Program-made: the position numbers and the translations under genes
In this document: positions 8,680-15,698 of the stretch, in pieces
How the letters are laid out: every line of letters starts with the position of its first letter
Position numbering within the stretch: the stretch's first letter is position 1
The notes under the pieces: model-generated
What the model was told of the DNA's origin: nothing
What the model saw: only the letters and a program-made list of their open reading frames with translations
Database searches by the model: none
Virus record (IMG/VR): IMGVR_UViG_3300009103_001934
Span: 114,488-178,487 of that record
Length of the DNA stretch: 64,000 nt
DNA from: a virus
Direction: 5' to 3' (one strand)

Positions 8680-8808
8680 ATGAAGATTAAAGCAAGAGTA
8701 AGCAAACAAGGATTTATGGGCAGCGCGTCCCGTGAACACAGAGTGAAGAAGGGCAAAGGCTCTTTCACTCGCAAACAAAAACACAAAAAAAGTATTGACA
8801 CAAACTAG
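8680..8808 (+). CDS. arfA: ArfA-like alternative ribosome-rescue factor (42 aa; absent from ORF track)
   Basis: MKIKARVSKQGFMGSASREHRVKKGKGSFTRKQKHKKSIDTN carries the ArfA KKGKGS(Y/F)xRKxKH motif; leaderless behind TTGCCT-16-TATAAT. Confidence 0.7.
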   Translation: MKIKARVSKQGFMGSASREHRVKKGKGSFTRKQKHKKSIDTN

Positions 8809-8827
8809 GATATAGGAGATAATCATA

Positions 8828-9259
8828 ATGATGATGGACGATATAAAACTGACCTACATTCCAGACTCTCACGACTGGATTAAAGTATATTTGCAAGCAC
8901 CTAACGCAGAACTTGCCGAGGCGTGGTTTAATTCCTTTTGGAATCACAACGCTACAAGCCAAGACGAGCCAGAATGGATATTCAAAAACGAGTTGGCATT
9001 TTGTACCACTTGGGACAAGCTAACCAAGGCCATGAATGATATTTTTCTTTTCATCCTTCTTAATGATGATGAAGATGCTTTCAAAGGCGAGGAAGGCGGC
9101 GCGATGCCGTTTGCCAAGGAACTAGCCAAGGCCAAGATTGCAGAGATGAACAAAAAAGATTCATCCATGCGCTACGGTCGCCAAGGTCACGTTTACACAC
9201 TCGGCGATGTTTACACCAACGAGGAAAAGTCATTTTCTTCTGGAACGTGCGACGTTTAA
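8828..9259 (+). CDS. Hypothetical protein, leaderless
   Basis: TTGACA-17-GATAAT then ATGATGATG. Confidence 0.75.
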   Translation: MMMDDIKLTYIPDSHDWIKVYLQAPNAELAEAWFNSFWNHNATSQDEPEWIFKNELAFCTTWDKLTKAMNDIFLFILLNDDEDAFKGEEGGAMPFAKELAKAKIAEMNKKDSSMRYGRQGHVYTLGDVYTNEEKSFSSGTCDV

Positions 9260-9296
9260 GCTTGACCTTTAACCCTCAAACCTTTATTATACTCTG

Positions 9297-10010
9297 ATGT
9301 TGAAATTCAAAGATGCAAACGGTAAACTCAAGAAGATGGCAAAGAAGCTTGGCGTTAAGCTTAAAACCTTCACTCTCCCTGCGGGCTATACTTGCGGCGG
9401 TGCAAAGGATTGCCTCGCGTATGCCGACAGAAAAACGGGCAAAGTGAGAGACGGCAAGGAAACACAATTCCGTTGTTTCATGGCATCGCTCGAAGCCACC
9501 TTTCCAAGTCTCCGCGCTATGGTGTGGGAGAATTACGAGCAGTTACAAGCGGCACTGAAAAACGGCGTTGATGCTTGCGCGGATCTGATCCACAACAGCT
9601 TGCCAAAGAAGTTTGACGTAATGCGCGTTCACGTTGGCGGCGATTACTTCAGCAGGGCGTATTTGCAAGCGTGGATTGAAGTTGCCAAGCGAAACCCTGA
9701 CAAGGTGTTTTACTCTTACAGCAAAAGCTTGCACCTGTTCAAGCAATTTGCGTTACCGGAAAACCTTGTGTTGACCGCTTCCCGTGGTGGCAAGTACGAT
9801 GATTTGATTGACCTCCACGCATGGAAAGAGGCGATTGTCGTATTCAGTGAAGAGGAAGCGGAAGAGCTTGACTTGGAAATTGACCACGACGATTCACACG
9901 CAGCGTTTGGCGCGGAGAATTTCGCGTTACTCATTCACGGCACACAGCCAGCAGGGAGCGCAGCAAGTGAAGCTTTGAAAGTCATAAAGAAAAAGGCAAG
10001 GGCTGCGTGA
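9297..10010 (+). CDS. GP88-like phage protein
   Basis: FTLPAGYTC...C...C, RVHVGGDYFS and FYSYSKS motifs. Confidence 0.75.
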   Translation: MLKFKDANGKLKKMAKKLGVKLKTFTLPAGYTCGGAKDCLAYADRKTGKVRDGKETQFRCFMASLEATFPSLRAMVWENYEQLQAALKNGVDACADLIHNSLPKKFDVMRVHVGGDYFSRAYLQAWIEVAKRNPDKVFYSYSKSLHLFKQFALPENLVLTASRGGKYDDLIDLHAWKEAIVVFSEEEAEELDLEIDHDDSHAAFGAENFALLIHGTQPAGSAASEALKVIKKKARAA

Positions 10011-10069
10011 TGGAATTTATTGTCCTTGTTGCCATCGGGTTGTATTTCGGCGCAAAGCTTAGTCGATAA
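10010..10069 (+). CDS. 19-aa hydrophobic micro-protein
   Basis: MEFIVLVAIGLYFGAKLSR; TGATG overlap with upstream stop. Confidence 0.45.
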   Translation: MEFIVLVAIGLYFGAKLSR

Positions 10070-10083
10070 AAATGACATTTTTT

Positions 10084-10128
10084 GCTTGACAGCCGGCGGG
10101 ACCGGTCCCGCGAGATGTCAAGCTTTTT
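10084..10128. repeat. Early module 4
   Basis: TTGACA 10086, GGGACCGGTCCC 10098-10109, TGTCAA 10116. Confidence 0.9.
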
Positions 10129-10214
10129 CTTTGTTATTTTTTTATTTGACACAAAGTCGGAAGTGGGGTATTATATAAACAGTGCGAACGAACTAACTAA
10201 AACTAAAAAAACTG

Positions 10215-10682
10215 ATGAACAACCTACATTCATATACTAACTACATCACTGGCACAGAACTTGAGAACGGAAAGATTCTCCTGTATGCTGGCAAAACACG
10301 CAACGGTATCGATGACCGTAAGAAAGGCAAAATGGCTTGCGGATTCATCGCTGGCGTTGGCCTAGATGGTCGTCTGTTTGACACCGTCCATTCTAACACT
10401 AACACCAAAAACGATAAGCTCACGGAGCAACGTCACATCAACACGATTCGTGCCGTGGCGCAATTACTCCCTGACGTTATCGTTGCTGGTAACACTTATG
10501 ACGATGGATTTTATGGGGGAATCATTTCGTCCATCAGTCCTAGCGTCTACGACAAAGTCGTAAGCTGGGTACAGGGTACGCGCACTATGACAGAAAAGCG
10601 CATGGTGGCGAACAAGCGAAAGCTGGCTCGAAAGCTCGCTCAAGTGAAGCGAGCTAGGCAAGCAAAGAAGGCTTTGGCTTAA
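10215..10682 (+). CDS. Hypothetical protein with basic C-terminal helix
   Basis: 155-aa ORF behind a TTGACA promoter. Confidence 0.75.
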   Translation: MNNLHSYTNYITGTELENGKILLYAGKTRNGIDDRKKGKMACGFIAGVGLDGRLFDTVHSNTNTKNDKLTEQRHINTIRAVAQLLPDVIVAGNTYDDGFYGGIISSISPSVYDKVVSWVQGTRTMTEKRMVANKRKLARKLAQVKRARQAKKALA

Positions 10683-10782
10683 CCCTAGTAGGGGGGAGAG
10701 AGTTTGGCGTGAATGCTTCGCCTCTTGAGTGGCTCTCTCCCCTCTTGACTTTTCAACAGAAACCCATTATACTTTTATACTT

Positions 10783-11256
10783 ATGGAGAGAATACATATA
10801 ATTATTGGATTGATAATCTTCTTTATTATTAGCATAACCGCTTCGGGCGATGAAGTCTTAACAAGGGACGAGCGTATTGTTGCACTCACTATACTGGGAG
10901 AAGCCCGTGGTGAAGGTAAAAAAGGAATGTATGCTGTCGCCTGTGTAATTCAGAAACGCGCGTCAGAACGCAACCTCACGCCAGCAAAGGTATGCCACCA
11001 ACCTTATCAGTTCAGCATTTGGAACGCTGGAAAGGGTAAGATAAAAAAAGAAAGTGAGTTGTATTATTTGTGGAAATCTAAATCCATGATGTACGCCAGA
11101 GAGTTAGCGAGAACAGTTTGCAAAGGTAAATTGTTAGATCAAAAATTCACTGGTAACGCAAATCACTATTGCAGAAAAGAAATCAATAACTATTGGACAA
11201 AGAAAGGAACAATAACAAAGGTAATTGGAAATCATAAATTTTTCAAATTACGATAG
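10783..11256 (+). CDS. SleB/Hydrolase_2-type cell-wall hydrolase with N-terminal TM segment
   Basis: ALTILGEARGEG, AVACVIQKR, PYQFSIWN, ANHY, IGNHKFF. Confidence 0.85.
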   Translation: MERIHIIIGLIIFFIISITASGDEVLTRDERIVALTILGEARGEGKKGMYAVACVIQKRASERNLTPAKVCHQPYQFSIWNAGKGKIKKESELYYLWKSKSMMYARELARTVCKGKLLDQKFTGNANHYCRKEINNYWTKKGTITKVIGNHKFFKLR

Positions 11257-11287
11257 GCTTCAAATAATAAATCAGTGCAAATATGAC

Positions 11288-11345
11288 CCGTCCCGAATAA
11301 GGGGCGGGTTTTTTTAGGGCAAAAAAAAGGCCCGCTTTCGCGGGT
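11288..11345. terminator. Back-to-back terminators between convergent genes
   Basis: CCCGTCCC...GGGGCGGG-T6 and A7-GGCCCGC-TTTC-GCGGGTT. Confidence 0.65.
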
Positions 11346-11350
11346 TGTGT

Positions 11351-11557
11351 TTAGCCCTCCAAACTGGAGGGGGTGAAATCACCGTGTCCGGTGATCTCAA
11401 GGGCACGCCCGTGATCATACTCACGGATATGCTCCTCGCGCATCCGCACGGTGCGACCATCATCCTTGAGGATGAGCCACTTGCCGTGGCGCGGAGAGGC
11501 GGCGACCACGCCAACGTAACCGTTGACGTCTTCGACTTCCATTCCTAATGTAATCAT
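11351..11557 (-). CDS. Small SH3/KOW-like protein
   Basis: LGMEVEDVNGYVGVV pattern. Confidence 0.65.
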   Translation of the reverse strand: MITLGMEVEDVNGYVGVVAASPRHGKWLILKDDGRTVRMREEHIREYDHGRALEITGHGDFTPSSLEG

Positions 11558-11608
11558 AATGATATTGATAGGGCGCGAATTCTTAGGCAGTCGCGCTCGC
11601 CCATGATG

Positions 11609-11818
11609 TTAGTCCTTCCAGACCATGTCCAGATATTCACCGTAAGTAGCAAGGTAATCCTGCCATTCGGTGTCCGTCATTAGCGGCCCATGGATTGCAA
11701 CCAGATTCGCCCAACGATCTTGGGTTTCCTGTTCGCGTGTCCACTCTTCATGCTCAAGCTGAGCTTCGATGTCTGCACTTATGGTCTCTTCTATGGTTGG
11801 CATCATGTCGTTCATCAT
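11609..11818 (-). CDS. Small acidic protein, leaderless (MMNDMM...)
   Basis: Minus-strand TTGTGC-17-TATATT 7 nt before ATG at 11818. Confidence 0.7.
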   Translation of the reverse strand: MMNDMMPTIEETISADIEAQLEHEEWTREQETQDRWANLVAIHGPLMTDTEWQDYLATYGEYLDMVWKD

Positions 11819-11891
11819 TAGAAAGAATATAACACGCATCTAAGAAAAGCACAAGGAAAAAATTCAAAAACTATTAACAAAAAAAATGCAA

Positions 11892-11968
11892 TTGTGAGCA
11901 AAAAAGACTTGACAGCCGCGGGACCGGTCCCGCTTATTGAGACCGAGTCTCACTAAAGTTGTGAATAA
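11892..11968. repeat. Early module 5
   Basis: GGGACCGGTCCC 11920-11931; TGAGAC-CGA-GTCTCA 11938-11952; TGTGAATAA 11960. Confidence 0.9.
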
Positions 11969-12011
11969 CTTTCTCCTTGACAATTACATCCTTTTGTAGT
12001 ATATTATTTAC

Positions 12012-12200
12012 ATGATGAACGATCCATATAGCCAGATAACCAGCGGAGACCGTGACAACCTGCGTGCGGAGTTTGACGAACAAATGGCGATAATTGACGG
12101 CGCGAATAACCCTGACATGATTTGGGTTCGTGGCACCCTGCCCTATGATGATGAGGGTGTACGGTGCGGGTGCGAAGACTACCCCTGTTGTGGGCATTAG
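12012..12200 (+). CDS. Small protein with C-terminal CxCEDYPCCGH metal-binding motif, leaderless
   Basis: TTGACA-17-TATATT then ATG after 6 nt. Confidence 0.75.
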   Translation: MMNDPYSQITSGDRDNLRAEFDEQMAIIDGANNPDMIWVRGTLPYDDEGVRCGCEDYPCCGH

Positions 12201-12204
12201 TAAC

Positions 12205-12277
12205 TTGTGAGTAAAAAAGACTTGACAGCCGCGGGACCGGTCCCGTTGAGACTCAGTCTCATTAAGATTGTGAATAA
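12205..12277. repeat. Early module 6
   Basis: GGGACCGGTCCC 12233-12244; TGAGAC-TCA-GTCTCA 12247-12261; TGTGAATAA 12269. Confidence 0.9.
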
Positions 12278-12328
12278 CTTTTTGAAAAAACCGCTTGACT
12301 TTTTGGCATTTATGGGTTATATTTAAGC

Positions 12329-12562
12329 ATGATTAAAACGAACATGAAAACTTACAACGTAGAGTTTACGACAGCATTCGCTGGCTCTCCGTTCGTCAAC
12401 ATCGTTCTTGAAGCCAAGGACGAAAAACAAGCTGAATGGGTTGCCCGTAACCTTTGCCGTTTCGGTTACATTAGCAACATCACAAAAACTGATGAAGTTG
12501 CTGCTTTTACCGAAGAAACTCACGCTTTTGCTTATGATGAAGATTATGAGATTTATTCATAG
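12329..12562 (+). CDS. Small protein, paralogue family X (divergent member)
   Basis: YNVEF...VNIVLEAKDEKQAEWV resembles the 14315 and 15454 products. Confidence 0.7.
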   Translation: MIKTNMKTYNVEFTTAFAGSPFVNIVLEAKDEKQAEWVARNLCRFGYISNITKTDEVAAFTEETHAFAYDEDYEIYS

Positions 12563-12598
12563 GTGGGACTGCGGATGTCCCACCCAGTATGCTATACT
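12563..12598 (+). promoter_or_regulatory. Operator-type promoter 1 (GTGGGAC-N7-GTCCCAC, TG-C-TATACT)
   Basis: Four near-identical copies (12563, 14017, 14492, 15651). Confidence 0.8.
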
Positions 12599-12604
12599 AG
12601 ACGC

Positions 12605-13060
12605 ATGATAATTAAGAACGAGATGAAAGAAAAACTAAAACCACTATTTGACCTAGACGGAACCCTTATCCGCGAGGAGCGCGGCTCAGATCGCCTATTT
12701 GATTTCCTACGGCCTCACGCTATTCTTAATCTCACAGAACACGACCTCACTCCTCTCGGAGTGTTAGTCAGAGACTCAGGCAAAGAATTTGACATTCTTA
12801 CAGCACGCGGCCCAGAGAATGCGCAGTTTATCCGTATAGCTCTTGAAGCTCTCGGATTCAACGTCGGTCGAATCGTAACCGTAGGCGTAGACATTAACGA
12901 GCCAAAGGATTGGGCTAATGTTAGCAGCAAAAGAGTAGCGGCAAAGAAAATCAGAATTGCCAAATTCGTCCAAAGGAAATTGGTTGACAACGATGCTAGG
13001 AATCTGGTAGGATTAGGAGAGTTAGGAGAGCTAGTAGCTCAAGACCAAACAGAGTTTTAA
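12605..13060 (+). CDS. HAD-superfamily phosphatase-like protein
   Basis: FDLDGTL motif I, ILTARG motif II, VDND. Confidence 0.75.
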   Translation: MIIKNEMKEKLKPLFDLDGTLIREERGSDRLFDFLRPHAILNLTEHDLTPLGVLVRDSGKEFDILTARGPENAQFIRIALEALGFNVGRIVTVGVDINEPKDWANVSSKRVAAKKIRIAKFVQRKLVDNDARNLVGLGELGELVAQDQTEF

Positions 13061-13061
13061 G

Positions 13062-13316
13062 ATGATGAATAAGATTATTACAATTAAAGCAAAAGCCAAC
13101 GCAAGCCGGCGCACTAAAAACCGCATTCGTGGATTTGGCCCACGTTTCATCGTAGAGAAGAAACATGACCTTAATGACATCATGGCCCTTATCGGCAAGC
13201 GTGATTCAGAGTCTTGGTTGCTGCGCGAAGTGGGCGGCCCAGACGGTGATCCGTGGTTTGGCTGGCTGCCAGCTAATGAATTTGAAATTGTTGAAACTGA
13301 AGGATTTTGGTCTTGA
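13062..13316 (+). CDS. Conserved small phage protein
   Basis: NASRRTKNRI...GWLP. Confidence 0.7.
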   Translation: MMNKIITIKAKANASRRTKNRIRGFGPRFIVEKKHDLNDIMALIGKRDSESWLLREVGGPDGDPWFGWLPANEFEIVETEGFWS

Positions 13317-13349
13317 CATTTAATCGGAAAACCCATATACTATAAACAG

Positions 13350-13574
13350 ATGATGAAGAAACACAACATACAAAACGCAAGCGTATTTGCCACAAAGCAA
13401 TTACGCGACAATCTTAACAAAGTGCTTACTCGCAAAGAGCGGCAACAACTTGACGAAAAAGATGCTAAAACAAAATGGTATCTTGAATTGATGATTGCTG
13501 CTTGTCTCGGTGCTGCTCTTGCCCTTGGCTTTGTAGTCGCTCACGGTATGCTCACAACTGACTGGACTTGGTAA
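13350..13574 (+). CDS. Small single-TM protein
   Basis: LMIAACLGAALALGFVVA. Confidence 0.7.
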   Translation: MMKKHNIQNASVFATKQLRDNLNKVLTRKERQQLDEKDAKTKWYLELMIAACLGAALALGFVVAHGMLTTDWTW

Positions 13575-13580
13575 AGAACG

Positions 13581-13691
13581 ATGAAAACACTATTCGAAGC
13601 AATTGACTCCCTTGTGATGCCACTCACATTCTTTATTATGATGCACCTTGTTGTGCTTTACATTATTATTCCTTTAATTATTTGGCTTTAA
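13581..13691 (+). CDS. 36-aa hydrophobic micro-protein
   Basis: MKTLFEAIDSLVMPLTFFIMMHLVVLYIIIPLIIWL. Confidence 0.5.
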   Translation: MKTLFEAIDSLVMPLTFFIMMHLVVLYIIIPLIIWL

Positions 13692-13705
13692 CAAAAAACA
13701 AACCT

Positions 13706-13822
13706 ATGCAAACTAAAACAAAAAAAGATTGGACACAAGCTCTGTTTGTGGGAAACATCGCAACCGTAACATTTATTGTCGGCGTGATCGTCGGTCAATT
13801 TGTCAAAGTCATAATTATGTGA
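13706..13822 (+). CDS. 38-aa single-TM micro-protein
   Basis: MQTKTKKDWTQALFVGNIATVTFIVGVIVGQFVKVIIM. Confidence 0.5.
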   Translation: MQTKTKKDWTQALFVGNIATVTFIVGVIVGQFVKVIIM

Positions 13823-13895
13823 TTTTGATAGGGGTCTGAAAACCTACGCTTGAGCCTTTGAGGTCTGACCTGTAGCGACACAGCGTGATGACTAC

Positions 13896-13932
13896 GACCC
13901 CACCCCCCTAGGGGTACCCCCCGGGGGGGGTC
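13896..13932. repeat. Chain of overlapping G/C palindromes
   Basis: CCCCTAGGGG, GGGGTACCCC, CCCCCCGGGGGG within GACCCC...GGGGTC. Confidence 0.8.
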
Positions 13933-13942
13933 TAAACTTTTT

Positions 13943-13989
13943 GCTTGACATCCGGCGGGACCGGTCCCGCTTATTGCGACTCGGTCTCA
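13943..13989. repeat. Early module 7
   Basis: GGGACCGGTCCC 13957-13968; TGCGAC-TCG-GTCTCA. Confidence 0.9.
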
Positions 13990-14016
13990 GTAAAACTTTT
14001 TTTAATTATCTTATGG

Positions 14017-14052
14017 GTAGGACTGCGGATGTCCCACCCTCTGTGCTATACT
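14017..14052 (+). promoter_or_regulatory. Operator-type promoter 2
   Basis: GTAGGAC-TGCGGAT-GTCCCAC, TGCTATACT. Confidence 0.8.
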
Positions 14053-14058
14053 ATACGC

Positions 14059-14262
14059 ATGATGATTAAAGAAGATAAGAAACCAACATACACCCTCTGG
14101 AACGGTGTGCAACTCATCGCCACCTACCCACACACACGTGAGGGCATGAATGCAGCCATGCTACGTGCATCAGAGCTAGGCATAGGGGCCAAGCTATACT
14201 CATCACGTGATGACCTAGTGTGGAGCGCACGCATGGCAGATGACATGATGGATTGTGAATAA
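14059..14262 (+). CDS. Small hypothetical protein, leaderless
   Basis: ATG 6 nt after -10; stop codon lies in the TGTGAATAA box. Confidence 0.7.
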   Translation: MMIKEDKKPTYTLWNGVQLIATYPHTREGMNAAMLRASELGIGAKLYSSRDDLVWSARMADDMMDCE

Positions 14263-14314
14263 CTTTCTTAAAAAACCGCTTGACTTTTTGACATTAATGA
14301 GCTATATTATACGT

Positions 14315-14491
14315 ATGTTAAACAAGATAGAAAGCATATTCACAGTAACATTCACCAACGACAGTACCGTGTTCATTAAGGCAAGGGATAGGGGACACGC
14401 GCGCCGCATCGTGGAGCGGAACGGTAGCACATGGACACGCGCTGATGAGAGCGTTGAAATGGTGATTAAAAAAATTGAAAGAAGTTGCTAG
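14315..14491 (+). CDS. Small protein, paralogue family X
   Basis: FTVTFTNDSTVFIKARDRGHARRIVE, nearly matching the 15454 product; leaderless. Confidence 0.75.
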   Translation: MLNKIESIFTVTFTNDSTVFIKARDRGHARRIVERNGSTWTRADESVEMVIKKIERSC

Positions 14492-14527
14492 GTAGGACAG
14501 CAGATGTCCCACCTCGTATGCTATACT
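14492..14527 (+). promoter_or_regulatory. Operator-type promoter 3
   Basis: GTAGGAC-AGCAGAT-GTCCCAC, TGCTATACT. Confidence 0.8.
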
Positions 14528-14545
14528 AGACGCAGTTAAAAGATT

Positions 14546-14836
14546 ATGGAAAAGAACAAGATGAACGAAACGATGACAGTAGAACAAGAAGCCCAACTCC
14601 TCCTTAATCAGGATGTACGCGTGACATTCGCGCAAAGCCAATTTTGGAACTGCACAGGTCGTGTGCGTAACATCATGGCCGATGGTCGCACACTTGAGAT
14701 TGACCTTGATTGGGACGGCAAGACCGTTCTTCTCGATGTCACCTTCGTGGGTGAGATTCAAGAGCGGACACAGTTCGCCAAGACCGAGCAAAGCCTCGGC
14801 CCAATCGCTAACAGTGTTGTAAAGTCTACCCTTTAA
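14546..14836 (+). CDS. Small SH3/Sm-like beta protein
   Basis: LLNQDVRVTF...TGRVRNIMADGRTLEIDLD. Confidence 0.65.
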   Translation: MEKNKMNETMTVEQEAQLLLNQDVRVTFAQSQFWNCTGRVRNIMADGRTLEIDLDWDGKTVLLDVTFVGEIQERTQFAKTEQSLGPIANSVVKSTL

Positions 14837-14837
14837 G

Positions 14838-15080
14838 ATGAACTACCATTATCAATTCGGCATGATTAAAACCACATCAAACAAAGAGCCTGTTGTAACT
14901 GATTTAGATAGTCAGTTTATGACTATCGACGGAGTGCTGCACTCTATTATCAGCCATCATTCATTTGATGATTTTGGTGCTACGTTGGACACTTTCAAAG
15001 TGATTAACTACGCTGGAACCATTCGAGAGATTTACTCTTTTGATGAGTGCGAAACATTCACCTTTGACAACGGAGAATAA
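14838..15080 (+). CDS. Hypothetical protein
   Basis: 80-aa ORF translationally adjacent to the upstream gene. Confidence 0.65.
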   Translation: MNYHYQFGMIKTTSNKEPVVTDLDSQFMTIDGVLHSIISHHSFDDFGATLDTFKVINYAGTIREIYSFDECETFTFDNGE

Positions 15081-15084
15081 TTAT

Positions 15085-15261
15085 ATGTATAATCCAGAAA
15101 ACCTTAAAGTAGGCGACAGAGTAAAGTCAACGGCCAGTGGTTGGGTTGGCGTAGTAGTCGGCGAAGGCTTTGGCAAACCAGACAAGGGAATGCTGCGCGT
15201 TCAACTCTCTTTCGGATTGACGCACGACTTTTATCCTAGCCACTTGGAAAAGATTAACTAA
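15085..15261 (+). CDS. Small KOW/SH3-like protein
   Basis: LKVGDRVKST...GWVGVVVG. Confidence 0.7.
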   Translation: MYNPENLKVGDRVKSTASGWVGVVVGEGFGKPDKGMLRVQLSFGLTHDFYPSHLEKIN

Positions 15262-15284
15262 AAGAGCCTACCCCCTAGGGGGGG

Positions 15285-15361
15285 TGTGAATAACTTTTGC
15301 TTGACAGCCGGCGGGACCGGTCCCGCTTATTGAGACTTAGTCTCATTCCAATTGTGAATAA
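15285..15361. repeat. Early module 8, flanked by two DnaA-box matches
   Basis: TGTGAATAA 15285 and 15353; GGGACCGGTCCC 15313-15324; TGAGAC-TTA-GTCTCA. Confidence 0.9.
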
Positions 15362-15453
15362 CTTTTTCATTTTAGGGGTTGACTTTTTGTCATTTTTGTG
15401 GCATACTATATGTATTGAGAGTGAGAGAAACAAAAGAAGAAACTAAAAAGATT

Positions 15454-15648
15454 ATGAGAAACCTACCAGCACTACCAGAGATGACCTTCGAGGTTACATT
15501 TGACAACGACAGCACGGTGTTCATTAGCGCACGCAACAAAGAACACGCTCGCCGCATCGTGGAAAACAACAAAGGATTTAGCCTGTGGCGTAGAAGAGAC
15601 GACGAAGAGTGGCAAAAGCGCACCATAAAAAAGATTGAGATAAATTAA
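15454..15648 (+). CDS. Small protein, paralogue family X
   Basis: FEVTFDNDSTVFISARNKEHARRIVE...IKKIE. Confidence 0.75.
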   Translation: MRNLPALPEMTFEVTFDNDSTVFISARNKEHARRIVENNKGFSLWRRRDDEEWQKRTIKKIEIN

Positions 15649-15650
15649 TG

Positions 15651-15686
15651 GTAGGACTACAGATGTCCCACCCTATGTGATATACT
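15651..15686 (+). promoter_or_regulatory. Operator-type promoter 4
   Basis: GTAGGAC-TACAGAT-GTCCCAC, TGATATACT. Confidence 0.8.
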
Positions 15687-15698
15687 AGACGCAGTTAA

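Noticed and set aside
13865-13900. Hammerhead-like ribozyme
   Set aside because: Core CUGAnGA...GAAA is not present
6349-15361. CRISPR array or integron attC array
   Set aside because: Spacing is 0.3-1.8 kb with whole genes between repeats; no cas or integrase gene in the window; no GTTRRRY/RYYYAAC ends
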